A DNA stretch of 64,000 nt, taken from contig CAWKKR010000011.1 in NCBI GenBank assembly GCA_963850305.1, positions 398,473 through 462,472 on the forward strand, given 5' to 3'. The notes beneath the pieces were generated by a model. That model saw nothing but the letters and a program-made list of their open reading frames with translations, was not told the origin of the DNA and made no database searches. Origin of the DNA: an uncultured delta proteobacterium. GTDB lineage: Bacteria; Myxococcota_A; Polyangia; Polyangiales; Polyangiaceae. The position numbers and the translations under genes are program-made. Positions 10,945-20,729 of the stretch are shown here, in pieces; within the stretch, counting starts at the first letter, position 1, and every line of letters starts with the position of its first letter.

Positions 10945-11337
10945 ATGGCTCGACGCGAGCTCTGGCGCGCCTGGATGGCCCTGCCCTTCTTCGCGGCGTT
11001 CGTCGCATGCGCCGGTTCTCCGCCGCCGACGGCTCGCATGGCGTCCGCGGAAGCAGCCGTCCGTGCCGCCCACGACGTGGGCGCGGAACGAGTCCCTGAG
11101 GCGCAGCTCCACGTGAAGCTGGCCGAGGAACAAATTGCTCGCGCCCGCACCCTGATCAATAGCGGCGACAATCAGCGAGCGGATCTCATGCTCCGGCGAG
11201 CCAACGCTGACGCCGAGCTCGGCGTGGCGCTCGCACGCGAAGATACGACGCGCGATCAGGCGCAGCGAATCATCGATCAAGCGCACGACATTCAGCAGCG
11301 AGCGCCGCAGCCAGACGACCATCAGGAGGAACGATGA
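10945..11337 (+). CDS. DUF4398-like lipoprotein
   Basis: FVAC lipobox, helical SAEAAVRAA..A..HVKLAEEQ..RANADAELG; precedes an OmpA gene. Confidence 0.75.
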   Translation: MARRELWRAWMALPFFAAFVACAGSPPPTARMASAEAAVRAAHDVGAERVPEAQLHVKLAEEQIARARTLINSGDNQRADLMLRRANADAELGVALAREDTTRDQAQRIIDQAHDIQQRAPQPDDHQEER

Positions 11338-11381
11338 CCACTCGCGCAGCGCGCTCGAACCGAGAACCGAAGGAGGATTTT

Positions 11382-12260
11382 ATGAAGCCCATCTATCGTC
11401 TGTTCTGCGCGAGCTCCATGGTGTTCGCGGTCGGCGGGTGCGCATCCACGCCGATGCCACGCGAGCTGCTCGACGCTCGGGCCGCGTATGCGGAAGCCAA
11501 AGGTGGCCCCGCAAGCCAACTGACCCCTGCGTCTCTTCGCGACGCGAAGGTTGCCCTCGACCAGGCGGAGCGTGCCTACTCGACGGACCAAGACCCGTTG
11601 ACGACTCGAGACATGGCCTACATCGCGGAGCGCAAGTCCCAGTTGGCCGAAGCCCAGGGGGCCGCAGCGGTCTCACGCCAGCAAGCCCAGATCGCGATGG
11701 AACAAGCGCGGCTCGCGCGGGCGCAGGCGAGCATGGGCGCTCAGAGCGAGCTCTCGCAGGCGCGCCAGCAGCTGGCAACGACCTCCGAAGAACTCGCGAA
11801 GGAACGGGCTGCGCGGGAGGCCGCCGAAAAGAAGGCGCAGGACGCACTCGACAAGCTCGCGGCCGCATCCGGAAGCAACGTGAAGACGGAGCCTCGTGGC
11901 ACCGTCATCACCATGTCCGGTCAAGTGATGTTCGCGGTCGGAAAATCGGACCTCCTCAAGGGGGCACGCGACCGACTCGATCGGGTGGTAACGGCCTTGA
12001 AGGATCAGGGCGACCGCCAGATCCTGGTCGAGGGCCACACGGATTCACAAGGAGCGGAACAGATGAATCTGGATCTCTCTCAGCGGCGCGCGGACAGCGT
12101 CCGGGAGTACCTCATCTCGAAGGGCATCCCCGATGACCACGTCAGAGCCGTCGGTGCCGGCGACTCGAGCCCGGTCGCGACCAACGACACCGCGGTCGGA
12201 CGGGCGGCGAATCGTCGCGTCGAGATCATCGTGGAACCGCCGGAGCAACCGACGGAGTGA
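11382..12260 (+). CDS. OmpA-family lipoprotein with N-terminal helical (DUF4398-like) region
   Basis: AGGAGG RBS, VGGC lipobox, VEGHTDS, LSQRRA and NRRVEI. Confidence 0.92.
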   Translation: MKPIYRLFCASSMVFAVGGCASTPMPRELLDARAAYAEAKGGPASQLTPASLRDAKVALDQAERAYSTDQDPLTTRDMAYIAERKSQLAEAQGAAAVSRQQAQIAMEQARLARAQASMGAQSELSQARQQLATTSEELAKERAAREAAEKKAQDALDKLAAASGSNVKTEPRGTVITMSGQVMFAVGKSDLLKGARDRLDRVVTALKDQGDRQILVEGHTDSQGAEQMNLDLSQRRADSVREYLISKGIPDDHVRAVGAGDSSPVATNDTAVGRAANRRVEIIVEPPEQPTE

Positions 12261-12279
12261 CAATTCCTGTCTCCGGATA

Positions 12280-12308
12280 CCCTCGGGCCGCTCGCGCGAG
12301 CCCGAGGG
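12280..12308. terminator. GC-rich hairpin between convergent genes
   Basis: CCCTCGGG...CCCGAGGG inverted repeat 20 bp after the ompA stop; no strong U tract. Confidence 0.45.
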
Positions 12309-12335
12309 TGTCGTTTCTGTAGGACGAGTAACCCG

Positions 12336-12671
12336 TCAAACTGACTTGCCGTGGGGCGTCACGTGGATTCGACAATCCCAGTCGGCCGCAACACTTCTCA
12401 CTTCACGCTCGATGGCGCACATCAGCCGCTCCGCACGAACGTCGAGCTCCGATCGCGAACCCGCGAGCTCGATGCGCAGTTCCCGAACCGGAGAATAGCC
12501 GAGCGGACGGGCGAGACCGGCTTCGGGCCAGGTGTCCCGATCCTCGGCTCCTTCGTCCACCGGAGCCGCCTCAGCAGGCACCGTGTCTCGCAACTCGAGC
12601 TGTTCGCCGTCGGTCCACAATGCAGCGGCAACCGCCCTCATCCAACCCACGAAATAAACGCGCACGAGCAT
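12336..12671 (-). CDS. hypothetical protein
   Basis: 111-aa ORF filling the gap, preceded by a sigma54-like promoter. Confidence 0.5.
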   Translation of the reverse strand: MLVRVYFVGWMRAVAAALWTDGEQLELRDTVPAEAAPVDEGAEDRDTWPEAGLARPLGYSPVRELRIELAGSRSELDVRAERLMCAIEREVRSVAADWDCRIHVTPHGKSV

Positions 12672-12721
12672 GGCACTTCTCCAACCACGGCACCGGAGCG
12701 TCGTGGTCGGATTCGTGACAC

Positions 12722-12737
12722 TGCACGACGCGTGCCC
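12722..12737 (-). promoter_or_regulatory. candidate sigma54 -24/-12 promoter
   Basis: Minus strand GGGCAC-GCGTC-GTGCA (GG-N10-GC), about 50 bp upstream of ATG 12671. Confidence 0.45.
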
Positions 12738-12779
12738 TCGACACGTCGCCCCGGCTCTGTGCGCCTGACCAACGGGTCT

Positions 12780-13505
12780 TCAGGAGGAGACGAACGCCGG
12801 AACGAACAAGGTGAACCGAGCGCCGACCGTGCCGGGTCGCCCAGGCGGCAACGTGCTCTCTCCAGAGGTCACGCCTCCACCGTGGGCAACGAGGATATCG
12901 CGCGCCACGGAGAGTCCGAGCCCCAGTCCACCTCGCGTCGTTCGGACGACGAACCGTTGATAAAGAGTCGCCGCCGCTTCCCTCGATACCCCTTCGCCGT
13001 CGTCTTCCACGACGACGCCGAAGGCGGCCCCGGTGGTTTCCAGCACGACGCGCACGGAGCGCCGCGCATGCGCCATCGCATTGCTGACCAGCTCCGCGAC
13101 GGCGCGTCCAAAGAGCCGGGGATCGACGCTGATCGGATACTCCATGGGAGGCGGGTCGAACGCAACCGTGACCTCGCTTCGAGGTTCGGTCGAGAGAATG
13201 GCATCCACGCTGCGTCGCACGACATCGCGGAGATCACAGCGCTGCAATGCCGGCTCGAGGCGACCCGATTCGAGATCCGACACGACCTGCAATCGATCGA
13301 CGAACGCCTCGAGGCGACGGATTCCGCGCGCCCCAAGCTTGAACAGCGTCCGTTGATCGGTGGTGGCGGTTGTCGCGAGATCGCTCTCGAGCGCTTGGAG
13401 CGCATGCAACACGACTCCGAGCGGCGATCTCAAGTCGTGAGCCGCCCGCGCGAAAAAGTCGGCGTACCCGGCGCGATCGACGCGCGAAGGATCGTCTTCT
13501 GGCAC
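12780..13505 (-). CDS. cytoplasmic histidine kinase (HisKA + HATPase, no sensor domain)
   Basis: HDLRSPL, ELVSNA, VEDDGEG and GLGLGL. Confidence 0.9.
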   Translation of the reverse strand: MPEDDPSRVDRAGYADFFARAAHDLRSPLGVVLHALQALESDLATTATTDQRTLFKLGARGIRRLEAFVDRLQVVSDLESGRLEPALQRCDLRDVVRRSVDAILSTEPRSEVTVAFDPPPMEYPISVDPRLFGRAVAELVSNAMAHARRSVRVVLETTGAAFGVVVEDDGEGVSREAAATLYQRFVVRTTRGGLGLGLSVARDILVAHGGGVTSGESTLPPGRPGTVGARFTLFVPAFVSS

Positions 13506-13506
13506 T

Positions 13507-14964
13507 TTACTGCTCTTCTTCCGTCCCGTTTGCCTTCGACGTCGACCGGCCCATTTTCCGATAAAGCGTGCGCCGATTGAACCCGAGTATCTTGGCCGCT
13601 CGCGACTTGTTCCCGCCTACGAGGGAGAGGACGCGCTGCATGTAGCGGCGTTCGAGCTCGGCGGCCGTGACGAGCTCGGACGGATCATCGGCGGAGAGCA
13701 CGAAACGTTCCGCCTGATAGTTTCGGATCTTCTCGGGCAGATCATCGACCATGATCGAATCGAAGCGCATGAGCGCCACGGCGCGTTCCATGGAATTCTC
13801 GAGCTCGCGCACGTTCCCAGGCCAATCGTAGGCCGACAGCTTCTCCGCAGTAGGCGTCGCGATTCCCTTCACTTCTTTGGCAGCTCGAGCGGCTGCTCGT
13901 GCCGCGAAGTGCTGGGCAAGCAACAAGACATCGCCTCCCCGCTCGCGGAGCGGCGGGACCTCAACCGCGACGACGTTGATGCGATAGTAAAGGTCTTCCC
14001 GGAACCTCTTCTCGAAAACCTCGGTCTCGAGATCTCGATTCGTCGCGGCGACGATGCGCGCGTCGAAGGGAACCTCGTGGTTGCCTCCCACGGGCCGTAC
14101 CTTCCGCTCCTGCAGACTCCGGAGCAACTTTGGCTGCATCTCGAGCGGGAGTTCACCGATTTCGTCCAGAAAGATGGTGCCACCGGTTGCTTGCGCGAAA
14201 AGCCCGGTCCGCGCGGTTTTTGCGTCGGTGAAGGCTCCGCGAACGTGTCCGAACAGCTCGCTCTCGAGAAGACTCGCCGGCATCGCCGCACAGTTGATGG
14301 CGAGGAACGGGCCGTGTTTTCGGTTGCTCTGGCCATGAATCGCCTTTGCGACCAGTTCCTTGCCCGTGCCGCTTTCGCCCGTGATGAGAACGGTGGCTTC
14401 CGTGTCACTGACTCGAGTGATCAGATCGAACACTCGGCGCATGGCGACGCTCCGACCGATGATGTCGTCGAATCCCTGTGGAGTTCCGGCCGCGCGACGA
14501 AGGCGCTTCACTTCCTCCTGAAGACGACGGTGGCGGAGAGCCCGGTCCACGGTGAGACCGATCACGTTGGCATCTACGGGCTTCGTGACGAAGTCGTAGG
14601 CGCCGGCACGGATCGCCCCGACGGCCGCTTCCATGCTTCCATAGCCCGTCACGACGACGACGGGGATATCCGGCCGAATGCCGATCAGGCGCTCGCAGAG
14701 GTCGAGGCCACCCAGATCCGTCATGTTGAGGTCCGTCAAAATGACGTCGAAGTCCTGCTCGGCAGCGAGTTCGAGCGCGTCGTGAGCGGAAGTGCGCCAC
14801 ACTACATTGTGCCGACGCTTGAAGATCGTTTCCAGCAACTCGCACGCCGTCTGATCGTCGTCGACAATCAGAAGCCGGCCTGGCTCGTCGTCAGCGACGA
14901 ATCCCGTCCCACGTTCGGTCGGGACCACCTCGCTCTGCTCGCTTGGTGGGGTCGCAAGTTGCAT
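13507..14964 (-). CDS. NtrC-family sigma54-dependent response regulator; start uncertain
   Basis: REC domain, GESGTGKE, GAFTDA, FLDEIGE, WPGNVRELEN and a Fis HTH. Confidence 0.95.
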   Translation of the reverse strand: MQLATPPSEQSEVVPTERGTGFVADDEPGRLLIVDDDQTACELLETIFKRRHNVVWRTSAHDALELAAEQDFDVILTDLNMTDLGGLDLCERLIGIRPDIPVVVVTGYGSMEAAVGAIRAGAYDFVTKPVDANVIGLTVDRALRHRRLQEEVKRLRRAAGTPQGFDDIIGRSVAMRRVFDLITRVSDTEATVLITGESGTGKELVAKAIHGQSNRKHGPFLAINCAAMPASLLESELFGHVRGAFTDAKTARTGLFAQATGGTIFLDEIGELPLEMQPKLLRSLQERKVRPVGGNHEVPFDARIVAATNRDLETEVFEKRFREDLYYRINVVAVEVPPLRERGGDVLLLAQHFAARAAARAAKEVKGIATPTAEKLSAYDWPGNVRELENSMERAVALMRFDSIMVDDLPEKIRNYQAERFVLSADDPSELVTAAELERRYMQRVLSLVGGNKSRAAKILGFNRRTLYRKMGRSTSKANGTEEEQ

Positions 14965-15088
14965 TACAGATCCTGTTCCAACCATCAATGGCGGGCCCTC
15001 TCGTATCTCGGGATCTCTTACTCTGTTAGCACGCGCCGGGAACAATGCGCCAAATCGACCCAGCCCGGTCCGGGAGGCGTCCAAATCG

Positions 15089-15550
15089 TCAACCCGCGGC
15101 CACCTGGAACATGCGGCTGGTCGTCTGGTCGAATGCCTCCTCTCGCGCCGGCGGCCTCGATGTACGGCGGATGACGATGAGCCCCCGCGCGAGCGACTCC
15201 GCTCGAAAGTTCACGGCGAGGCCCACCGGGAGGCCCGTCAAGCGAAGCCGAGTTCGAAGCGCCGACCGATGTGGCGACGAGATCGATTCGGCGACGATCA
15301 CGTCCACGGCGATCTTTCCGGCGACGCAGACGTCGATCCGCAGAGCGGCATCCATTCGCACTCCTCGATAGAAAATGGGGACCGGGACGCGTCGCTGGAA
15401 TGACAGCTCGCGGTGTCGGAGTTCCTGGCACAGGGCGATCTCGTAGACGCCGGGCTCGAGGCCCGAACCGAGACGACGATGAACCTCGTGGCACGCCTCT
15501 ATGGTGACGCGTTCGAGTTCCGCGATACGTGGATCGTCCGGCGGTTCCAT
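15089..15550 (-). CDS. GxxExxY-family (PD-(D/E)XK-like) protein, divergent
   Basis: IEACHEVHRRLGSGLEPGVYEIALCQEL..VPIFYRG..RID..GLAVNF. Confidence 0.75.
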   Translation of the reverse strand: MEPPDDPRIAELERVTIEACHEVHRRLGSGLEPGVYEIALCQELRHRELSFQRRVPVPIFYRGVRMDAALRIDVCVAGKIAVDVIVAESISSPHRSALRTRLRLTGLPVGLAVNFRAESLARGLIVIRRTSRPPAREEAFDQTTSRMFQVAAG

Positions 15551-15703
15551 GAATGTCCCCTCGGTCGGCATTCCGCCGGGTTGCGACTTCTTCTGTACTC
15601 CAACCCCGGCGTTCGAGTCCTTGGCGCAACCGGTCCGGTGCGGGCCCAGCTGACGCCGCGTCCGCAACTGATTGGCCGGAATCGACCCCGGCGATCTCCG
15701 GCG

Positions 15704-17143
15704 TTAGGAGCCCGAAGCCTTCGCAATTTCCAGCGCTCGCGCGAGCAGCACCGACGGTTCGTTCTTGGCTGGGTCATCCAGGACCTCATCCAGCAGCCTT
15801 CGCAAAATCTCTCCATAAAGGGGTCCCGGGGGAACACCGAGCGCGGAGAGGTCCCGACCACCGATGGAGAGGTCGCGGATCGTCAGAGCTGCACCCGCGG
15901 CGCAGACATGGGCGACGTGCGCCATCAGGCCTTCGAGCCGCGCGAGGTCGTCGGTCGCGTCGCGCCCCTTCCCGAGCACGTCAGCGCGATTCAACGCGTA
16001 CAGCTCCTCGACCCGTTCAGGACCCACGCGACGCATCCAGCGGCGCACCGCGGCGTCGGTCCACGACGAGTCCCAGCAGATGAGGTGGTGTCGAACCAAT
16101 GCCACGATGCGATCGCGGTCGTCGTTCGAGAACCTCAGGCGCTCGAGAAGAGGTCTTGCCATCTCGGCGCCGATGCGCTCGTGCTCGTAGAATGTGTAGT
16201 CTTGGGTCTTCTCGCTGAACTCTCTCGAGCGAGGCTTGCCGACGTCGTGAAGGAGTCCCGCAACGCGTAAAATTGGGGTCTCAGGGCAGGCGTCCATGCA
16301 GTGCATGGCGTGACCCCAGACGTCGTACGCGTGGTACCGGTTCTGCTCGCATCCCACGGATTCGAGCAATTCCGGCGCAGTGATGGCAAGAAGACCGTGA
16401 TCCTTCATCACCTCGAAGGCCCGGCTCGGTCGCCGTGCCTTCATCGTCTTCAGCCACTCGTCGCGGACCCGCTCGGCGCTCACTTTCCGGTACGAGGCGA
16501 GCGAGGGCTCCATCGCCCTAGCCGTCCCTTCATCCAGAGATAGCTGCAATGTCGCGACGAACCGCGCGGCCCGAAGAACTCGAAGTCCATCTTCGGAAAA
16601 CCGTTCCATCGGGTTTCCGACCGCGCGGAGCAAGCGGTTCGTCAGATCATCGGCGCCGCGGAACGGGTCGATCAATCGATCCTCGAGCGGGTCGTAAGCC
16701 ATCGCGTTGATCGTAAAATCTCGACGCGCCAGATCCGCGACGATGTCGTCCACGAAGTGAACCGAGTCCGGGCGTCGCCCATCCGAATACGATGTCTCGC
16801 CCCGCAACGTCGTGACTTCGTAACTCTCACCATCGACGAGGACGGTCACGGTCCCGTGCTTGATCCCGGTGGGGATGACGCGAGAAAACAGCTCCTGCAC
16901 GCGCTCCGGACGCGCATCCGTGGCGATGTCCCAATCGCCTGGCGAGGGATGTTCGTGGGACACGGCATCCGCGAATAGGTCGCGTAACAGAGCGTCTCGA
17001 ACGCCGCCGCCGACCAGCCACGCGCGGTAGCCTGCCTCCGAGAGACGGACGCATAAGGCACGGGCCGCCTTCGGGAGGGCCAGGCGCAACGTCGACGGAA
17101 CGATCACGAGCGGTTTTCTACTTGCTCCAGCACGCGAAGGCAC
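15704..17143 (-). CDS. cca: tRNA nucleotidyltransferase (CCA-adding / poly(A) polymerase family) with HD domain
   Basis: LVGGGVRD, DWDIAT, RRDFTIN, EDGLRVLRAARF and LLHDVGKP. Confidence 0.88.
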   Translation of the reverse strand: MPSRAGASRKPLVIVPSTLRLALPKAARALCVRLSEAGYRAWLVGGGVRDALLRDLFADAVSHEHPSPGDWDIATDARPERVQELFSRVIPTGIKHGTVTVLVDGESYEVTTLRGETSYSDGRRPDSVHFVDDIVADLARRDFTINAMAYDPLEDRLIDPFRGADDLTNRLLRAVGNPMERFSEDGLRVLRAARFVATLQLSLDEGTARAMEPSLASYRKVSAERVRDEWLKTMKARRPSRAFEVMKDHGLLAITAPELLESVGCEQNRYHAYDVWGHAMHCMDACPETPILRVAGLLHDVGKPRSREFSEKTQDYTFYEHERIGAEMARPLLERLRFSNDDRDRIVALVRHHLICWDSSWTDAAVRRWMRRVGPERVEELYALNRADVLGKGRDATDDLARLEGLMAHVAHVCAAGAALTIRDLSIGGRDLSALGVPPGPLYGEILRRLLDEVLDDPAKNEPSVLLARALEIAKASGS

Positions 17144-17152
17144 GTGAGCCCA

Positions 17153-18778
17153 TCATTTTGCCCAGGGGTTCACGATATCGCCGCCGCCGAGACTCACCCC
17201 GCTGCTCGGCGCACGCCGTACGGTCACCGTGCGCGGGCGCTGCAAGGGCGCGACGTGTTCACGGGAAAGCGTGACGAGGAGCTTCGATTCTTTTCCGTCG
17301 AGCACTACCGAGCGGGTCACGTATCCCGTCCGCCGGACCTCCACGTGCACGGTCTCGCCGTCGGCGATGTCGATAACGACCGGGCTCGTCCCGAGGCTCT
17401 TTCCGTCGCGGTAGATTTCCGCATCGGGCGGCTCCCCGGCGACGGCGACCGACGTCCAGACTGCCGCAGGCGTGGCTGCCTTTGCAGGAACCGCCAGCGG
17501 CGCGGAACTGGCGCGCGGAGACGGCACCCCGCTATTCGACGCAGAAGGGGACGCTGGGCTCGTCGAACTGCGCGCAAAGATCGCAACCACGAGACCGACC
17601 GCGACGAGGATGCCCGCGCCGCCCGCGAAGAGCGGCCAGCGACTTCTACCGAACCCGCGCGGCGTCGCCGGAACCGGCGCAGGCATCCGAGGATGGACCT
17701 TGAAGAAGTCGGTCGGCACGTTGAAGCCGCCGGAGCGCGACATCATTTCGCCGACGGCATCGGGAGCGAGTCCATTGGCGAGCTTGTCGAGCTCGGCAAT
17801 GAGCTCCCGCGTCGATGCGTAGCGCTGGTCCGGCCGCTTCGAAAGGCACTTCAGGATGATCGCCTCTAGCCCCGGTGGCACATTCTCCGGCGGAGGCACG
17901 AGTGCGCGGATGGGGACGGGCGCCTTGTACATGTGCTGTGTGAGGATCCCCATGAAGTTGTCGGCGTCGAACGGCACCTTGCCGGACGCAAATTCGTAGA
18001 GGATCACGCCGAAAGAGTAGATATCGCCGCGATGGTCCACGGGCGCACCCGCGGCCTGCTCCGGCGACATGTAGTGGGGCGTTCCGAAGACGGCGCCTGC
18101 GCGCGTGAGTTGCCCGCTGCCCTCGCTGCTCGTCGACACCTTCGCGATGCCGAAATCCAGGATCTTGACGAAGTCTTTATCGCCCCCGCGAGGGATGAGG
18201 AAAATATTGTCGGGCTTCAGGTCGCGATGGACGATGCCGGCGTCGTGAGCCGCAGCAAGCCCCTGCGCCAGCTGACGAGCAATGTGAATCAACCGAGAGA
18301 TTGGGGCACGCTGTTCGCCGCGAATCACTTTCGACAGAGGCTGTCCGTCGAGAAATTCCATCACGAAGTACGTCGAGCCGTCCGGCAGCAGACCGAAGTC
18401 ACTGATGTCGATGATGTGCTCGTCGCCAATCGCGGACGCGGCCTTCGCCTCGGTGAGGAAGCGTTCGGTGACTTCTGCGTCCCGCGCGAGATCCGCGCGG
18501 AGCACCTTCATCGCGACTTTCTTGTCGATGATCTTGTGGCGACACCGGAACACGACCCCCATGCCGCCCTCGCCGAGCACCGCTTCGATCCGGTAACGGT
18601 TGTCCACGGTACAGCCGACGAGGGGATGCAGCGCCGACGGGGGAGGCGCCCCCGGGTAAAACACCGACGAGTCATCCGCAAAGCTGTCTGCGGGAGGACG
18701 GACCGAAGCCAGCTTCAATCCCCGGGGCGGCGTCGGGAGCTGGTCTTCAGAGGCGGTGCCTTCGGGATCCTGACTCAT
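17153..18778 (-). CDS. membrane Ser/Thr protein kinase with C-terminal PEGA domain
   Basis: GEGGMG, VAMKVL, HRDLKPDN, DFGIAK, GTPHYMSPEQ, one TM helix and a PEGA-like tail. Confidence 0.95.
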   Translation of the reverse strand: MSQDPEGTASEDQLPTPPRGLKLASVRPPADSFADDSSVFYPGAPPPSALHPLVGCTVDNRYRIEAVLGEGGMGVVFRCRHKIIDKKVAMKVLRADLARDAEVTERFLTEAKAASAIGDEHIIDISDFGLLPDGSTYFVMEFLDGQPLSKVIRGEQRAPISRLIHIARQLAQGLAAAHDAGIVHRDLKPDNIFLIPRGGDKDFVKILDFGIAKVSTSSEGSGQLTRAGAVFGTPHYMSPEQAAGAPVDHRGDIYSFGVILYEFASGKVPFDADNFMGILTQHMYKAPVPIRALVPPPENVPPGLEAIILKCLSKRPDQRYASTRELIAELDKLANGLAPDAVGEMMSRSGGFNVPTDFFKVHPRMPAPVPATPRGFGRSRWPLFAGGAGILVAVGLVVAIFARSSTSPASPSASNSGVPSPRASSAPLAVPAKAATPAAVWTSVAVAGEPPDAEIYRDGKSLGTSPVVIDIADGETVHVEVRRTGYVTRSVVLDGKESKLLVTLSREHVAPLQRPRTVTVRRAPSSGVSLGGGDIVNPWAK

Positions 18779-19051
18779 CGCGGCAGCTCCAAGACGGGCG
18801 AGCCCACACGCAGGTTAGCCCAGGCGCTCCCGAAGGTCCGGGTCATTCCGGCGATCATGCAAGAGATGCGCCCCTCCAGAGAGGGGCCTTCCGGGCGGTT
18901 TCGAGCTCTGGGCGGCACCGAACCCGTGCATGGAAACGATCCTCCTCGCCATTTATTGCGCACCCACCTAACCCCACATGCCCGTGGCATACCCCTCCCA
19001 GGGACGGCGGTCCGTCCTTCTGATAGCACTGCCGCGCCCCCGAACGACGTC

Positions 19052-20704
19052 ATGGGATTCCCACTCGACCTGGCCCTTCGATACATGCGCTCGCGCAAGC
19101 GAGCGTTCATCTCCGTCGGCACTGCGTTCGCCATCGTCGGCGTAGCGCTCGGAACGACGGCGCTCTCGACCGTCCTCAGTGTCACGGGGGGATTCCGAAA
19201 CGAGTTTCGCGAAAAAGTGCTCGGGGTGAACGCGCATGTGCTCGTTCTCAAGTACTCGAGCGACTTCCCCGAGTACCGCGAGGTCATGAAGAAGATGGAG
19301 ACGGTGCCCGGCGTCATCGGCATCGCGCCCTTCGTCATCAACCCGATGATGATCACGCACGGGGACCGCACGGCCACGGGCGTGCTCCTGAAAGGGGTCG
19401 ACCCTGATCGGCTCTCGCAGGTGCTCGATCTGCCGCGTCACATGGTGGAAGGTTCGCTCGCCGGCCTACGTCTCGAAGGGGCGAAGCCGCCGGCAGCGCG
19501 CCACGAGGACACCGACGATTTCGTGCCGTCGCACGTGTCGCCGATGAAGCCTCCATCGGTCGACGCGGAAGACCTTCGCGCCGCGGGGTCGGCGCGAGTG
19601 CCCAAGGACGATCTCGACCGAGCGATAGAGGCATTGCTCGACAAGGCCGCGCGCAAGGAACCGAACCCGGCCGCGGTAGGGACGCCGCGACTCGACTCCA
19701 GTTCTCCGAAGCCGGTGGATTCGGGGTCCGCCCTCCTTTCCCCCGGGGCGGACGCGGGTTTCGATCCGGCAGCGCTCCCCGCGACAGACCCGGTCGGCCG
19801 CGTCACCCCGGCGGGCGGCTACACGAGTGTGCTCCCAGAGGATGACTCGGTCCCGGACGAAGTCGATCCGGATCCGTGCAAGGACGAAAGCGCAACGACG
19901 AAGCTACCTGGCATCGTCATCGGGGCGACACTGAAGCAAACCCTGGGCGCCAAGCTCGGGGACTGCCTCCAGGTGACGTCGCCGACAATTGGCTTCTCCT
20001 TTTACGGCGGCACGATGCGGCCTCCGGTCGCGAAACAGTTCCGGATCACCGGTGTCTTCGAAGCGGGCTTCGATCAATACGACTCGAAGCTGGTCTACAC
20101 GGACCTCTACCAGGCCCAGGCCTTCTACGATGGTGGCGATACCGTCACGGGAGTCGAGATGAAGGTTGCCGACATCGACAACGCAAAGCACATCGCGGGG
20201 CTAGTGTCCGACAAGCTGAACAACGCCATCTACCACGTGCTCGATTGGGAACAACTAAACCACGGTCTCTTCACGGCACTCCGCATCCAGCAGATCCTCA
20301 TGAGTCTCGTGATCGCTCTCATCATGGTGGTGGCCGCATTCGCCGTGATCGCGACGCTCATCATGGTCGTCCTCGACAAGAAGCGTGAAATCGCCGTGCT
20401 CAAGGCCATGGGCGCGACGGACTGGGTACTCCTGCGATCCTTTCTTTATCAAGGCCTCATCATGGGCGTCGTCGGGGCCGCTACCGGTCTCGCCGCCGGG
20501 TACGCCGTCTGCCGATGGATCCTCGTGTACGGGTTCCCGCTCGATCCCAAGGTTTACTTCATCTCTCGCCTTCCGGTGACGGTGCGCCCGATCGAGTTCA
20601 CACTGACGGGCGCCTTCGCCATCTTCGTTTGCCTCGCGGCTACCATCTGGCCGGCGCTGTACGCGTCGCGCCTGCGCCCCGCCGAGGCCTTCCGCGAACA
20701 GTAG
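19052..20704 (+). CDS. LolC/E-family lipoprotein-releasing ABC permease with large periplasmic insertion
   Basis: LALRYMRSRKRAFIS, VLSVTGGF, GVFEAG..YD, KKREIAVLKAMGA and IWPALYASRLRPAEA. Confidence 0.9.
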   Translation: MGFPLDLALRYMRSRKRAFISVGTAFAIVGVALGTTALSTVLSVTGGFRNEFREKVLGVNAHVLVLKYSSDFPEYREVMKKMETVPGVIGIAPFVINPMMITHGDRTATGVLLKGVDPDRLSQVLDLPRHMVEGSLAGLRLEGAKPPAARHEDTDDFVPSHVSPMKPPSVDAEDLRAAGSARVPKDDLDRAIEALLDKAARKEPNPAAVGTPRLDSSSPKPVDSGSALLSPGADAGFDPAALPATDPVGRVTPAGGYTSVLPEDDSVPDEVDPDPCKDESATTKLPGIVIGATLKQTLGAKLGDCLQVTSPTIGFSFYGGTMRPPVAKQFRITGVFEAGFDQYDSKLVYTDLYQAQAFYDGGDTVTGVEMKVADIDNAKHIAGLVSDKLNNAIYHVLDWEQLNHGLFTALRIQQILMSLVIALIMVVAAFAVIATLIMVVLDKKREIAVLKAMGATDWVLLRSFLYQGLIMGVVGAATGLAAGYAVCRWILVYGFPLDPKVYFISRLPVTVRPIEFTLTGAFAIFVCLAATIWPALYASRLRPAEAFREQ

Positions 20705-20729
20705 ACGACACGGCAAGTTCGGCGTCCCG

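Noticed and set aside
17933..19051. N-terminal extension making a 923-aa LolC/E
   Set aside because: It is the antisense shadow of the Ser/Thr kinase; family similarity begins at ATG 19052.
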